Part shown: positions 37,882-47,857 of the stretch, piece by piece
How the letters are laid out: every line of letters starts with the position of its first letter
Numbering within the stretch: the stretch's first letter is position 1
The notes under the pieces: model-generated
What the model was told of the DNA's origin: nothing
What the model saw: only the letters and a program-made list of their open reading frames with translations
The model's database searches: none
Made by a program: the position numbers and the translations under genes
Origin: Gammaproteobacteria bacterium
GTDB lineage: Bacteria; Pseudomonadota; Gammaproteobacteria; Eutrophobiales; Eutrophobiaceae
Direction of reading: 5' to 3'
NCBI GenBank assembly: GCA_965222155.1
Contig: CBDCTH010000012.1
Location: forward strand, 832,001 to 896,000
Length of the DNA stretch: 64,000 nucleotides

Positions 37882-38763
37882 TTATGGGACTTTGATTGTT
37901 TGTATCATTCTCCTTGAGTTTAAACCAAGACCAAAGTCAAACAAGTCGACTGCGGTAGCATCATTCTGTGGCATCCATTTGAGTATTTGATGAACTCGGC
38001 CGTTATTCAATCTATAGTAGGCTTCAAATGCTGGAAAGATTCCTCCAATTATCGTAATTTCAATAGTACGCATTAGAATGCTGTATCTTATAACAACTTC
38101 GTAATCTATCCTTGGTGCGACAGAAAACCCAAAATAATTGTAGTAGGGATTCGGACTCGAAGCTCGAGTATTTATAACCCTCAAGAAATTGCCCTCTTTT
38201 ACAGTTCCAACTGAAACCGTGTCGGAACTAGACGAAAGTGGTGATTGTAACTGTTTACCCGATTTACAGTCGACATTTTGTGTTAGGCCAACTCTGGACA
38301 TCTCACGTCCATGTGCCTTCTCAATCGATACGTTCCTGCGCTTAATAACGAGTACGAATTCCGAGGTCACTCTAGCTGAAGCGGTTGGGTCATTAGAAAA
38401 ACCACGGTTATCGGTGAGAAAGCATGTATCACTCAATTTTCCAATTTGTCCGAGTTTTGGTGTTGTTGGTGCTCTCAATACCCATGTTCCACTCAGTGTT
38501 CTTGTAAAGTAGTTTTCTAAGTTTGGGTGCTTATTGGGTATGAATGCTTTAATCCAGAAATGAAAACGATCCGTAGCATTTGCCGTTCCACAACTTAAAA
38601 TTATGCTCGCAACTATACATAAAAAATATCTTATTGCAGTTGCGCTTATACTTCTTTCGCTTATTCTTTGGATTAGCACTAATCCTCCATTCAACTCATT
38701 GATATTGAACATACTCCCTTCAATCAACTTTTCGATATTTTTACAGTGCCCGTTACTTTGCAC
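37882..38763 (-). CDS. Hypothetical secreted protein (possibly DUF3238-like), low GC
   Basis: Hydrophobic signal-like segment then KAFIP...TDNRGFS..SAR...FPAFEAY; family call from memory only; start uncertain. Confidence 0.5.
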   Translation of the reverse strand: MQSNGHCKNIEKLIEGSMFNINELNGGLVLIQRISERSISATAIRYFLCIVASIILSCGTANATDRFHFWIKAFIPNKHPNLENYFTRTLSGTWVLRAPTTPKLGQIGKLSDTCFLTDNRGFSNDPTASARVTSEFVLVIKRRNVSIEKAHGREMSRVGLTQNVDCKSGKQLQSPLSSSSDTVSVGTVKEGNFLRVINTRASSPNPYYNYFGFSVAPRIDYEVVIRYSILMRTIEITIIGGIFPAFEAYYRLNNGRVHQILKWMPQNDATAVDLFDFGLGLNSRRMIQTIKVP

Positions 38764-39011
38764 ATCAGCGTATACTTAGACGGAATCATTGGTTTTTCCT
38801 AGGCGACCTTATTTTTTGAACTTTTCACCGTATCAGAGCACCGGTTGTAAAAAAATGGACCAAATTATGCTTGCTTGGCGAAGACAGAACTCGTGGTTTT
38901 TAGCCCAATGAGCTATGTAATCCCACATTTGACAGCAGGAAATTTGATGTCCACTATCAGGAATATTGTCCCTAGTGGATTAAGAAATAACTGTATCAAC
39001 TATATTGTCTA

Positions 39012-39317
39012 TCAATTAGACTCAATAATAGTCGTGAAGTCTAAATCGCCTTCCCTTTCTAAAGGATCATCTGGCATATCGAATTCAATACTTTGATTTC
39101 CATCGTTGTCGTATGAGATGTTTACTTCGGCGTCTTGACCAGGGGTAATAATCATAGTTCCGGTATCCCTGTCTATATTCAATTTAAAAAGTTCCTTGTT
39201 TGGTGCTCGATCGATATTAGTTTCTCCAGAAGTATCTGCGCTGACAATACTTTCGTTTGATGCCATTGATAGTGAAATTACTATAGTGACGCACAAATAT
39301 TTTATGTAACTGTTCAT
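39012..39317 (-). CDS. Hypothetical secreted acidic protein
   Basis: AGGAG RBS, N-terminal signal peptide, 101 aa, AT-rich context. Confidence 0.5.
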   Translation of the reverse strand: MNSYIKYLCVTIVISLSMASNESIVSADTSGETNIDRAPNKELFKLNIDRDTGTMIITPGQDAEVNISYDNDGNQSIEFDMPDDPLEREGDLDFTTIIESN

Positions 39318-39855
39318 AAACGATTCTCCTATATTAAGTGAATAACTTATTTCTTATCTCAATGCCGAGTGAGTGAGCCTCATTGCGGAACTAGACACTC
39401 ATAAATTCAAGATTTCCAGCTTGTTGATATCGTCGGTAGAACTCCTCCAGTGTTAGGTCATTCAGTGATTAATGGGCTCTATACTGATTATAGTCCATTC
39501 GCCAGATATCTATTTTTTTCGCATCTTCTAAGGGTAGGAAACAATTCGTGTTCATACATTCATCCTGAAAGCTGTCGTAGAACGATTCGACAAACGGATT
39601 ATCCGTGGGTTTTCCGGGCCTAGAGTAGTCCACAACCGCCCAATTTTCATAGGACTATTTATCGAACGTGACACAGCAGCTGCATGCTTGTCTAGCTCGA
39701 CAGCGAATTTTACATCGATTCCGGCTTGCATAGAACCAGCGATGGAGTAAATGGTACTCGTTAAAAGTTGTGGTATTAGACAATCGCCTTGCCAGATAGG
39801 GTTGTGGCTAGTCTATGCGATAGACATAGTGGTAGATTGGAGTTCCACAAAACAA

Positions 39856-40732
39856 TCAATACATCTCAAAATACTCCCGATGCTCCCAATCCGTAACATG
39901 CGCCAAAAACCGCCCAATCTCCGCCCTCTTAATCAACAAAAAATGATCAACAAACCGATCCCCGAACCCGACCCTCAACATCGCTGACCCATCCAACGCC
40001 TCCACCGCCTCCATCAACGATCTCGGCATAGCCGGCCTGTCGGTCTGCCGGTAAGGATCATCCCGCACCGGCTCCCCCGGGTCCGTCCCGTTCCGTATCC
40101 CGTCCAGCCCTGCATAAATCTGCGACGCCATGTACAGGTAAGGATTCGCCGAAGGCTCCCCCGACCGGTTCTCAATCCGCGTCCCCGGCTCGGCATATCC
40201 ACCTACCAGTCTGAGCATCGCCCCCCGGTTGTCATGCGCCCACAGAATACGGTTCGGCGCCAGCGGGTTGACGTTCAGGCGTTTGTAGCCGTTGATGGTC
40301 GGGTTGGAAAATGCGGTCAGCGCCGCGCCGTGTTCCAGCAGTCCGCCGATGTAGTGATACCCGGTATAGCTCAACAGGTTCTCATTGCCGTTAAACGCGT
40401 TGGTCCCGGTTTCCCTGTTCCGCAACGACTGGTGCAGGTGCCACCCGCTCGAATAAACATTGGGCAGTGCAGGCTTCGCCATAAAGCTGGCCAGCAGGCC
40501 GTGGCGCCGCATCAGGTGCTTGACCGCGGAGCGGAACAGCAGCAGGGAATCGGCCACGGCGAGACCGCTCAGTGGATTGAACGTTACCTCGAACTGGCCC
40601 GGCCCCCATTCGGCTTCGATGGTGCGCAGGGGTAATTCCAGCTTGACTGCCATATCCCGGATTATCTCGGTCACGTGGGCGACCCTGTCCATGGGATGTT
40701 CGTCATGGTATTGAAAGCCGTGGCTGATTGCC
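39856..40732 (-). pseudogene. 3' partial duplicate of the glutamine-synthetase-family gene at 41422-42894
   Basis: Co-linear with 41422-42299; 5' half replaced by an IS end at 40733. Confidence 0.85.
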
Positions 40733-40900
40733 TGCGTATTTCACAGCAAAGCTGCCACTGATTGCACGGCAAAGCTGCCACCCATTACACGGCAAAGCTG
40801 CCACCTCCAAGGGGGTAGACAGTCGGCGCGATTGACGTGGATAACCAAGGGTGTCCTGTGTCCTTTTTTCTATTGAAAGGAGGAGACACAATTGCCTTGC
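40733..40900 (+). mobile_element. IS21-family left-end remnant
   Basis: Starts TGCGTATT; three CAC[A/G]GCAAAGCTGCCAC repeats at 23-bp period (40742, 40765, 40788); AGGAGG RBS but no transposase follows. Confidence 0.65.
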
Positions 40901-40998
40901 TTCTATCAGTGTTATTATAGAGGGAGTGAATAGATACACATTCCGGCACAGAATTTTCTGTGGCACATTTCCAAAAAGTATAACAGGGGGGTAATCAT

Positions 40999-41406
40999 AT
41001 GAACGACAAAACCATCTTGACAATCGAGCGGATTTTTCTTGCCGTCATCGGAATCATATTTATGGCGTCGGGCATATTTACCTTCTTTGACCCCCACACC
41101 ATGGGGCAAGCCCTTGGCATTGCGCCGATGAACGCGTCCGGCGAAACGGAAATCCGTGCTACCTACGGCGGGCTGGTGGTGGGTTCTGGGCTGCTGGTGC
41201 TGGCGGGATTATTCTCCAGGTTGATGGCCGTCGCGGCGCTTGCTGGCACTTTTTTTGGAGCTGGCGGTCTGATGTCCACCCGAATAGTTATTCAGGCCAT
41301 GGAAGGGTTCACCATCAACCAGGGCATCGTCGCTGTGTTCGAACTATCCATGGTGGTAATTGCGTTCCTGCTGCTCAAGGCGGCGATGCGTCGCGCTAAG
41401 GAGTAG
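40999..41406 (+). CDS. Small membrane protein (DUF4345-like)
   Basis: Four hydrophobic segments, EIRATYGG motif. Confidence 0.75.
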   Translation: MNDKTILTIERIFLAVIGIIFMASGIFTFFDPHTMGQALGIAPMNASGETEIRATYGGLVVGSGLLVLAGLFSRLMAVAALAGTFFGAGGLMSTRIVIQAMEGFTINQGIVAVFELSMVVIAFLLLKAAMRRAKE

Positions 41407-41421
41407 CATGCCCTTAATAAA

Positions 41422-42894
41422 TCAATACATCTCAAAATACTCCCTGTGCTCCCAATCCGTAACATGAGCCAGGAAACGAGCAATCTCGGCCCGCTTGATA
41501 TGCAGGAAATAATCGATGAACTGGTCGCCAAACCCGGCTCTCAGTACGCTTGATCCATCCAGCGCCTCGACCGCTTCCATCAGCGAACGGGGCATTGGCG
41601 GCTTGTCAACCTGCTGGTAGGGATCGCCTTTTACCGGCTCGCCCGGATCTGTCCTGTTTTGCATCCCGTCCATCCCGGCATAGATCTGCGATGCCATGTA
41701 CAGGTATGGGTTTGCCGCGGGTTCCCCCGTGCGGTTCTCAATACGGGTACTCGGTTCGGCGTAACCTCCGACCAGCCTGAGCATGGCCCCGCGGTTGTCA
41801 TGGGCCCAGAGAATGCGGTTCGGGGCAAGGGGGTTGGCATTGAGACGTTTGTAGCCGTTGATGGTCGGGTTGGAAAAAGCGCTTAGCGATGCACCGTGTT
41901 CGATCAGCCCGCCAATGTAGTGATAGCCGGTATCACTCAACAGGCTGCTGCCGCTGGTGAATGCATTAGCGCCAGTTTCCGTATTCCGTAATGACTGGTG
42001 CAGGTGCCACCCGCTTGAGTAGACGTTGGGCAGGGCGGGTTTTGCCATGAAGCTGGCCAGGAGCCCGTGACGCCGCATCAGGTGCTTGACGGCGGAGCGG
42101 AACAGCAGCAGGGAGTCGGCTGCTTTGAGGCCGGCCAGGGGATTGAACGTTACCTCGAACTGGCCGGGGCCCCATTCGGCTTCGATGGTGCGCAGGGGTA
42201 ATTCCAGTTTGACTGCCATATCCCGGATTATCTCGGTCACGTGAGCGACCCTGTCCATGGGATGTTCGGCGTGGTATTGAAAGCCGTGGCTGATTGCCCT
42301 CACTGCCGGCGGATCCGGCGGGTGTCCGGATTCGCTGAGCGACAATTTCTCATCCTCTATGACGAATACGTAGAACTCGAGTTCCAGGCCGACGATGTAA
42401 CTGTAGTTCAGCGCATTGAGCGCGTTACGCATTACCTGCCGGCAATCAAACGGAACGCGGGTCCGATCCTTCAGATAGAGGTCACAGATGATCCATGCCG
42501 TGTCCGGCGCCCAGGGGAGGATTTTAAAGGTCAGCGGGTCCGGAGCAAGCAGCATATCGCCGGCGCCCCCCATTTGCTCAACACCGAACCCGCCGTCTGC
42601 CTCGAACAGCGGGAAAACCGGCGTGTTTGATGTGTCTTTCCCCAGGTTGGAGAAGGTATCGGCCACACCGTTCTGCAAGGCCAGCAGAAAGTTGTCTACG
42701 CTTAACGATTTCCCCCGCATCAATCCGTGCTGGTCGCTGTAGACGACCCGTACCGTCGTGACGCCGTTCTCACTGATTAGTGCGGGCAGTTGTCCGGCGC
42801 GTTCCGATTGCGCATCATCCCATGCGCCGGCCTCGGCGATAAAACCGGCATGTCCGACGCTGATTTCGTGTGCACCCGTATTAGTCGAAGACAT
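41422..42894 (-). CDS. Glutamine synthetase-family ligase (gamma-glutamyl-amine synthetase-like)
   Basis: DQHGLMRGK, GLELEF, EWGPGQFE, FMAKP, GWHLHQS, DNR, RIENR. Confidence 0.92.
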   Translation of the reverse strand: MSSTNTGAHEISVGHAGFIAEAGAWDDAQSERAGQLPALISENGVTTVRVVYSDQHGLMRGKSLSVDNFLLALQNGVADTFSNLGKDTSNTPVFPLFEADGGFGVEQMGGAGDMLLAPDPLTFKILPWAPDTAWIICDLYLKDRTRVPFDCRQVMRNALNALNYSYIVGLELEFYVFVIEDEKLSLSESGHPPDPPAVRAISHGFQYHAEHPMDRVAHVTEIIRDMAVKLELPLRTIEAEWGPGQFEVTFNPLAGLKAADSLLLFRSAVKHLMRRHGLLASFMAKPALPNVYSSGWHLHQSLRNTETGANAFTSGSSLLSDTGYHYIGGLIEHGASLSAFSNPTINGYKRLNANPLAPNRILWAHDNRGAMLRLVGGYAEPSTRIENRTGEPAANPYLYMASQIYAGMDGMQNRTDPGEPVKGDPYQQVDKPPMPRSLMEAVEALDGSSVLRAGFGDQFIDYFLHIKRAEIARFLAHVTDWEHREYFEMY

Positions 42895-43038
42895 TCACTC
42901 CCCCTGTATGATGATTCATTAATGCACTGGGTTCTGGCTTGCGCCAGAACGACATGGTCGCCGGAATGACGAACAAAGCCGGAACAGCGCAGTCATAAGA
43001 TAATAGTAGTTTATCCGTTTCAGGGTTAGAATACGACC

Positions 43039-43947
43039 ATGAAACTCCCCCACGAACGATTTGATTATTCGGCCATGCCGCAGCGCGAGCCGGTCCGGTT
43101 TCCGAACGGAGAGCGGGTTGCTGTGTACCTGGTGGTCAACGTTGAAGAGTGGAATATAGAGAAGCCTGTCGCAAGGGAATACGTGACATCGCCGGCAGGG
43201 GTTGTCACCGTCCCCAACGTCCCCAACTGGTCCTGGCATGAATACGGTATGCGTGTGGGCATCTGGCGTGTCATGGAGGCCCTGGCAAAGCGCGGCCTTA
43301 AGGCTAACGCTGCCATCAATGCGCGGGTCTGCGAAGGCGCCGGCGAACCGGTCGCCAGGGCCATGCTGGGAGCAGGCTGGGACTTCATGGGGCACGGCTA
43401 TGCCCAGGCGCCCATGCATGTTGTTGAAAACCAGGAGGAGGTGATCAATAAATCCTTCGCCGTATTGCAGGATTACACCGGCAAGGCGCCAAAGGGCTGG
43501 CTGGGTCCCGGTCTGCATGAGACCCTGGACACACTGGATTACCTGGCCGCGGCCGGGTTCAAATTCGTCTGTGACTGGCCCATGGATGAACATCCCGCCA
43601 TCATGAAAACTGCTGCCGAGCCCATGATGGCAATGCCTTATTCCTTTGAACTCAGTGACTTGCCGATGATGGTCGTACACCAGCACCGATCGGAGGTGTG
43701 GCTGAAACGCGCTGTCGACCAGTTCGATCGGCTATACCAGGAAGGCTCGCAACAACCCAGAGTCATGTCAATGAGTGTCCATCCCTATATAATGGGCGTG
43801 CCGCATCGGATAAAATACTTCGAGGAAGCCCTGGATTACATGCTGGCGAAGAACGATGTATGGTTCGCGACGGCAGATGAACTGTATGACTATTTCAGTT
43901 TAAGTATTAACATTGATGTACAGGATAAACAGGATAAACAGGAATAA
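43039..43947 (+). CDS. Polysaccharide deacetylase family protein (PuuE/allantoinase-like)
   Basis: VVNVEEW, NWSWHEYGMRVG, MGHG, GWLGPG, HPYIMG. Confidence 0.88.
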   Translation: MKLPHERFDYSAMPQREPVRFPNGERVAVYLVVNVEEWNIEKPVAREYVTSPAGVVTVPNVPNWSWHEYGMRVGIWRVMEALAKRGLKANAAINARVCEGAGEPVARAMLGAGWDFMGHGYAQAPMHVVENQEEVINKSFAVLQDYTGKAPKGWLGPGLHETLDTLDYLAAAGFKFVCDWPMDEHPAIMKTAAEPMMAMPYSFELSDLPMMVVHQHRSEVWLKRAVDQFDRLYQEGSQQPRVMSMSVHPYIMGVPHRIKYFEEALDYMLAKNDVWFATADELYDYFSLSINIDVQDKQDKQE

Positions 43948-44012
43948 ATAATTCAAGAATCCTGTTTATCCTGTCCATCCATGTAAACAATAACCATCAT
44001 GAAAGTAATAAT

Positions 44013-45212
44013 ATGAGTACGACCATTCCACAAGATAAGATATGGACGAGCGAGTTGAACAGGACGGACACTATCCTGTCCCGCTTCGACCGCAGCAAAC
44101 CTGTACATTTTTATGACACGACGTTGCGTGACGGGGAGCAATCCGTCGGCGTGTGTTTCAATCCGGAAGAAAAATTCAATATCGCCTGCAAGCTGAACGA
44201 ACTGGGAGTAGGCAGGATAGAATCAGGTTTTCCCCGGGTCTCCGCCGATGATACCCAGGCAGTAAAGCGCATCCTTGAGGCCGGTCTGGAGTCGGAGATA
44301 TGGGGTTTTTCCCGGGCCGTCAAGGCGGATATCGATGCACACATTGACCTGGGCACAGAGCACGTCCTGATTGAAATATCGACCAGCGACCTGAAGATTA
44401 AAGCCTATGGTTTTACCAGGGAAAGCGTTTTACAGCGGGTCACGGATGCGATCAAACATGCTAAGGATAACGGCATCAAGACGGTTAATTTTTTTGCCGT
44501 GGACTCGACCCGCAGTAACCTCGAATTCCTGCGGGACGTTTATTCAACCGCCATTGAGCATGGCGCTGATGAGGTGTCCGTCGTGGATACCATCGGTGTC
44601 TGTTCTCCGGAAGCGGTAGAGTGGCTGATCGGAGAAGTGAGCAGTTGGGTGGGTCCCGATATCCCCATCCACTGGCACGGCCATAATGATTTCGGTATGG
44701 CGACTGCCTCCGCGGTGGCCGCCGTGCGCGGCGGCGCCCGCTGGATCCAGGGCACGATTAACGGCATGGGCGAGCGCGCCGGCAATGCGGATATCTGTGA
44801 AGTGGCCCTGGCGCTGCAATGCCTGTATGACATGCCGGTGGAGCTGGATTTGAGCAAGGCAAGAGTGGCCTCACAGATTGTGCAACAAGCCGGTGGTTAC
44901 AACGTGGACGGCTGGAAACCCGTGGTCGGGGAATTCCTCTACACCCGGGAGAGCGGGGCGGTGGCGAACCAGTTCCATATCCCCCAGGCCATCGAACCCT
45001 ACTCCGCAGAGATCGTTGACGCTGAACGCCGGATTGTGCTGGGTAAAAAGAGTGGTTTATCCAACGTCAAGCTCAAGGGCGAGGAACTGGGACTGGATAT
45101 ACCGGAAGACAAGCGCGCCGGGGTACTGGCCCAGGTCAAGGACCTCGGCACGAAAAATGCCCGTCTCGTGACTGACGAGGAATTCAAGGACATCGTTGCC
45201 CGGGTTGTATAA
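44013..45212 (+). CDS. Homocitrate/isopropylmalate synthase family (DRE-TIM) enzyme lacking regulatory domain
   Basis: DTTLRDGEQ, HGHNDFG, NGMGERAGN, LGKKSG. Confidence 0.88.
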   Translation: MSTTIPQDKIWTSELNRTDTILSRFDRSKPVHFYDTTLRDGEQSVGVCFNPEEKFNIACKLNELGVGRIESGFPRVSADDTQAVKRILEAGLESEIWGFSRAVKADIDAHIDLGTEHVLIEISTSDLKIKAYGFTRESVLQRVTDAIKHAKDNGIKTVNFFAVDSTRSNLEFLRDVYSTAIEHGADEVSVVDTIGVCSPEAVEWLIGEVSSWVGPDIPIHWHGHNDFGMATASAVAAVRGGARWIQGTINGMGERAGNADICEVALALQCLYDMPVELDLSKARVASQIVQQAGGYNVDGWKPVVGEFLYTRESGAVANQFHIPQAIEPYSAEIVDAERRIVLGKKSGLSNVKLKGEELGLDIPEDKRAGVLAQVKDLGTKNARLVTDEEFKDIVARVV

Positions 45213-45233
45213 TCCGCAGATTACACAAATTTA

Positions 45234-45490
45234 TTTATCCGCAGATGACGCAGATTAACGCAGATTAAAAATAAGTCTTTTAAATTGTAGTTATTTAGTT
45301 CTGAAATTAATTAATAAACCCGGTTTAATCCAGAGGCTTTCAAATAGTTAATCAGTTAGGACTATTGGTAATTTGCCTCAAAAAACCTCATCAGAGTTCA
45401 TTGTGTACATTCAATAACGGACCGATAATTTTATATGTTTCCTGATCATTCATATTTTATCTGCGTTAATCTGCGTCATCTGCGGATAAA
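45234..45490. mobile_element. Element with perfect 32-bp IR (CGCAGAT 9-nt periodic) enclosing a decayed GxxExxY gene
   Basis: TTTATCCGCAGATGACGCAGATTAACGCAGAT ... exact reverse complement at 45459-45490. Confidence 0.8.
45265..45453 (-). pseudogene. Internally deleted GxxExxY (PD-(D/E)XK-like) protein remnant
   Basis: Manual translation MNDQETYKIIGPLLNVHNEL**GFL.../LINYLKASGL/GLLINFRTK*LQFKRLIF* matches both ends of GxxExxY proteins. Confidence 0.75.
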
Positions 45491-45499
45491 ATAATTTAA

Positions 45500-46456
45500 A
45501 TGAAAGAGATCGAAAAAGTATGCGTCGTCGGCGCGGGCGCCATCGGCAGCCTGCTGGTCGGGCATCTGGGCGCTATCGTCGATATGGCAGTGCTCACGCG
45601 CCGGGAAGAGCACGCCAGTGCGCTGAATGAGGAAGGGTTGCGCGTCAGCGGTAAATCCGAATTACATGCCGACGTGCGCGCATCTACGGACGCGGCAGCT
45701 CTGGGCGAGGTTGACCTGGTCATCATTGCATCCAAGGCACTTGCCGTTGAGGCCTGCGCCGGGATGATTGAGGGTCATTTCCCCGGTGCCCACGTGTTTA
45801 TGATCCAGAACGGCCTGGGTTGTGAGGAAATGGTAAGCCGGTTTGGCGACTGGCCGATCATATCCGGTGTCACATTCATGAGCGGTACCCGGCACTCCGA
45901 CACGCACGTGGAATATGAGCTGGACACGGCCACCTGGATGGGCCCCTGGGCGGAAGGCAGCGCGACCTTTGCATACGTCAAACAGGTTGCGGCGCTCATT
46001 AATCGCTCCGGCCTGAAAGCGGATGCCTATGAGGATTTGCTGCCACACCAGTGGTCCAAACTGATCTTCAATTCGGCGGTAAACAGTATTTCGGCGTTGA
46101 CGGGCCTGCCCCACGTCAAGGACTTCGCGTTCCGGGACAACCTGGAGGACCTGGGCCACCTGGTCCATGCCATGATGGATGAGGCTAAACGTATCGCGGA
46201 AGCCCGGGGCGTGACGCTGGCAGATGACCCCTGGCTAATGAACGTCAACGCAGTGCGCCAGGGTAATACCAGCGGCGAGGAGTACGCCCACGTCCCCTCT
46301 ATGCTGGATGACGTGCGCAACAGACGCCCGACGGAAATAGACTGGATCACCGGTTCCATCGTGCGCGAGGCGAAGAAGGCGGGCATCCCTGCGCCGTACC
46401 ATGAGACCCTGTACCGGTTGGTCAAGGCTCATGAAACCAGCTATAGCGGAAGATGA
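45500..46456 (+). CDS. Ketopantoate reductase family protein (PanE/ApbA)
   Basis: GAGAIG, QNG, WSKLIFN, SMLDD, TEID. Confidence 0.9.
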   Translation: MKEIEKVCVVGAGAIGSLLVGHLGAIVDMAVLTRREEHASALNEEGLRVSGKSELHADVRASTDAAALGEVDLVIIASKALAVEACAGMIEGHFPGAHVFMIQNGLGCEEMVSRFGDWPIISGVTFMSGTRHSDTHVEYELDTATWMGPWAEGSATFAYVKQVAALINRSGLKADAYEDLLPHQWSKLIFNSAVNSISALTGLPHVKDFAFRDNLEDLGHLVHAMMDEAKRIAEARGVTLADDPWLMNVNAVRQGNTSGEEYAHVPSMLDDVRNRRPTEIDWITGSIVREAKKAGIPAPYHETLYRLVKAHETSYSGR

Positions 46457-46646
46457 TTTATCCGCAGATGACGCAGATACACGCAGATAAATTAATTTTG
46501 TTTCATAGAGCAGGGTAACTCCAATCCAATATCCGGAATTATCAAGGAATCACATTCGACTGCATTCCGTCCCTTGCTTACTACATGCAGGGACAAACAC
46601 ACATAAATTAAAAAATCTGCGGTAATCTGCGTAATCTGCGGATAAA
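46457..46646. repeat. Second CGCAGAT-periodic inverted-repeat element with unrelated ~125-bp core
   Basis: Arms 46457-46488 and 46615-46646, starting immediately after a stop codon. Confidence 0.8.
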
Positions 46647-46692
46647 AATAATATAATCCTGCGTTTGCAGCAGGAACAGTCAGGAGGTATTA

Positions 46693-47622
46693 ATGAAGGT
46701 ATGTATCGTTGGTTGCGGTTCCATCGGCGGGTTGTACGGCGCTCACCTGGCCAGGCTGGATGACGTCGAGGTATGGGCGTTTGACCTGGCCCGCGACCAT
46801 GTGGACGCCATCAATACGCACGGTTTGCGCCTGACCGGGCTGAGTGACTTCGTTGCCAGCGTACATGCCCGGACGAAGGTTGAGGAAATCCCGGAATGCG
46901 AGTTCGGCATTATCGCAACAAAAACCATGTTCACCCGTTCTGCCATTGAAACAACCGCGCCGATTTTCCGGGACGGCGCAGTCTGCTCGGTACAGAACGG
47001 TATCGGCAACGAGGAAATAGTGGCGGAATACGTGCCGCGGGTGATACAGGGCACGATTTTTCCGGCAGGACATATCACCGCACCAGGAGTGGTCAACCAG
47101 GACGCCGGAGGCAAGACCTGGATAGGGCCATTTGCCGTCAACGCGGCCACCATGGAAGAGGTTGAACAACTGGCGGACGCCCTCACCCGCAGCGGCCTGG
47201 AATGCCTGGCCATGGAGGATGCCCGCGGGGCGCAATGGACCAAGCTGATATTCAACTCCGCCTCCAATGCCATGGCCGCCCTGACGTGCCTGCCCCACGG
47301 GGTGGCCTGTGACCAGGAAGGGGTGCGCAAGGTCATGTCGGTCCTGGTGAAGGAGGGCATGGCCGTGGCAGACGCCCTGGGGATTACCTTGGACAGTGAC
47401 CCGGAGGCGCTCATCGATTACGGCAGGGAAAAGGCCTATTACCACCCCCCCAGTATGCTGCAGGACGTGATGGCGCAAAGATTGACTGAAGTAGACGCCC
47501 TGAATGGAGGCATCGCCCGGCTCGGCCGGGAACTGGGTATCCCATGCCCCATGAACGAGGCCTGTGCCGCCATAATCAAGGGACTCGAGGCCTCCTGGAC
47601 GCTCGAATATCCGGAACATTGA
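46693..47622 (+). CDS. Ketopantoate reductase family protein (second paralog)
   Basis: GCGSIG, QNG, WTKLIFN, SMLQD, TEVD. Confidence 0.9.
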   Translation: MKVCIVGCGSIGGLYGAHLARLDDVEVWAFDLARDHVDAINTHGLRLTGLSDFVASVHARTKVEEIPECEFGIIATKTMFTRSAIETTAPIFRDGAVCSVQNGIGNEEIVAEYVPRVIQGTIFPAGHITAPGVVNQDAGGKTWIGPFAVNAATMEEVEQLADALTRSGLECLAMEDARGAQWTKLIFNSASNAMAALTCLPHGVACDQEGVRKVMSVLVKEGMAVADALGITLDSDPEALIDYGREKAYYHPPSMLQDVMAQRLTEVDALNGGIARLGRELGIPCPMNEACAAIIKGLEASWTLEYPEH

Positions 47623-47779
47623 ACATGAATTTGGGGGCAGGGTAATGTTACAGAGACAACAGAGACAATGGGGACGGATTTAAATCCGTCCCCGACATGC
47701 CGGGGATTGCAGAGACAATGGGGACGGACCCCCGCTTACAACATGCGGGGGCATGTTTAAATCCGTCCCCGGAATATCC

Positions 47780-47819
47780 GGGGTCAGAGTAAAAACTCGT
47801 GAGTTTTTACTCTGACCCC
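47780..47819. repeat. REP-like palindrome GGGGTCAGAGTAAAA...TTTTACTCTGACCCC (also 13103-13198; variant at 52301-52370)
   Basis: Perfect hairpin seen directly. Confidence 0.8.
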
Positions 47820-47857
47820 AAATAGTTCAAGACAAATATTTTTAGAGGAAATAACAA

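Noticed and set aside
40733-40804. Three GCAAAGCTGCCAC repeats as mini-CRISPR or iterons
   Set aside because: The 23-bp period, 5' TG start and gene-truncating position fit IS21-type terminal repeats better
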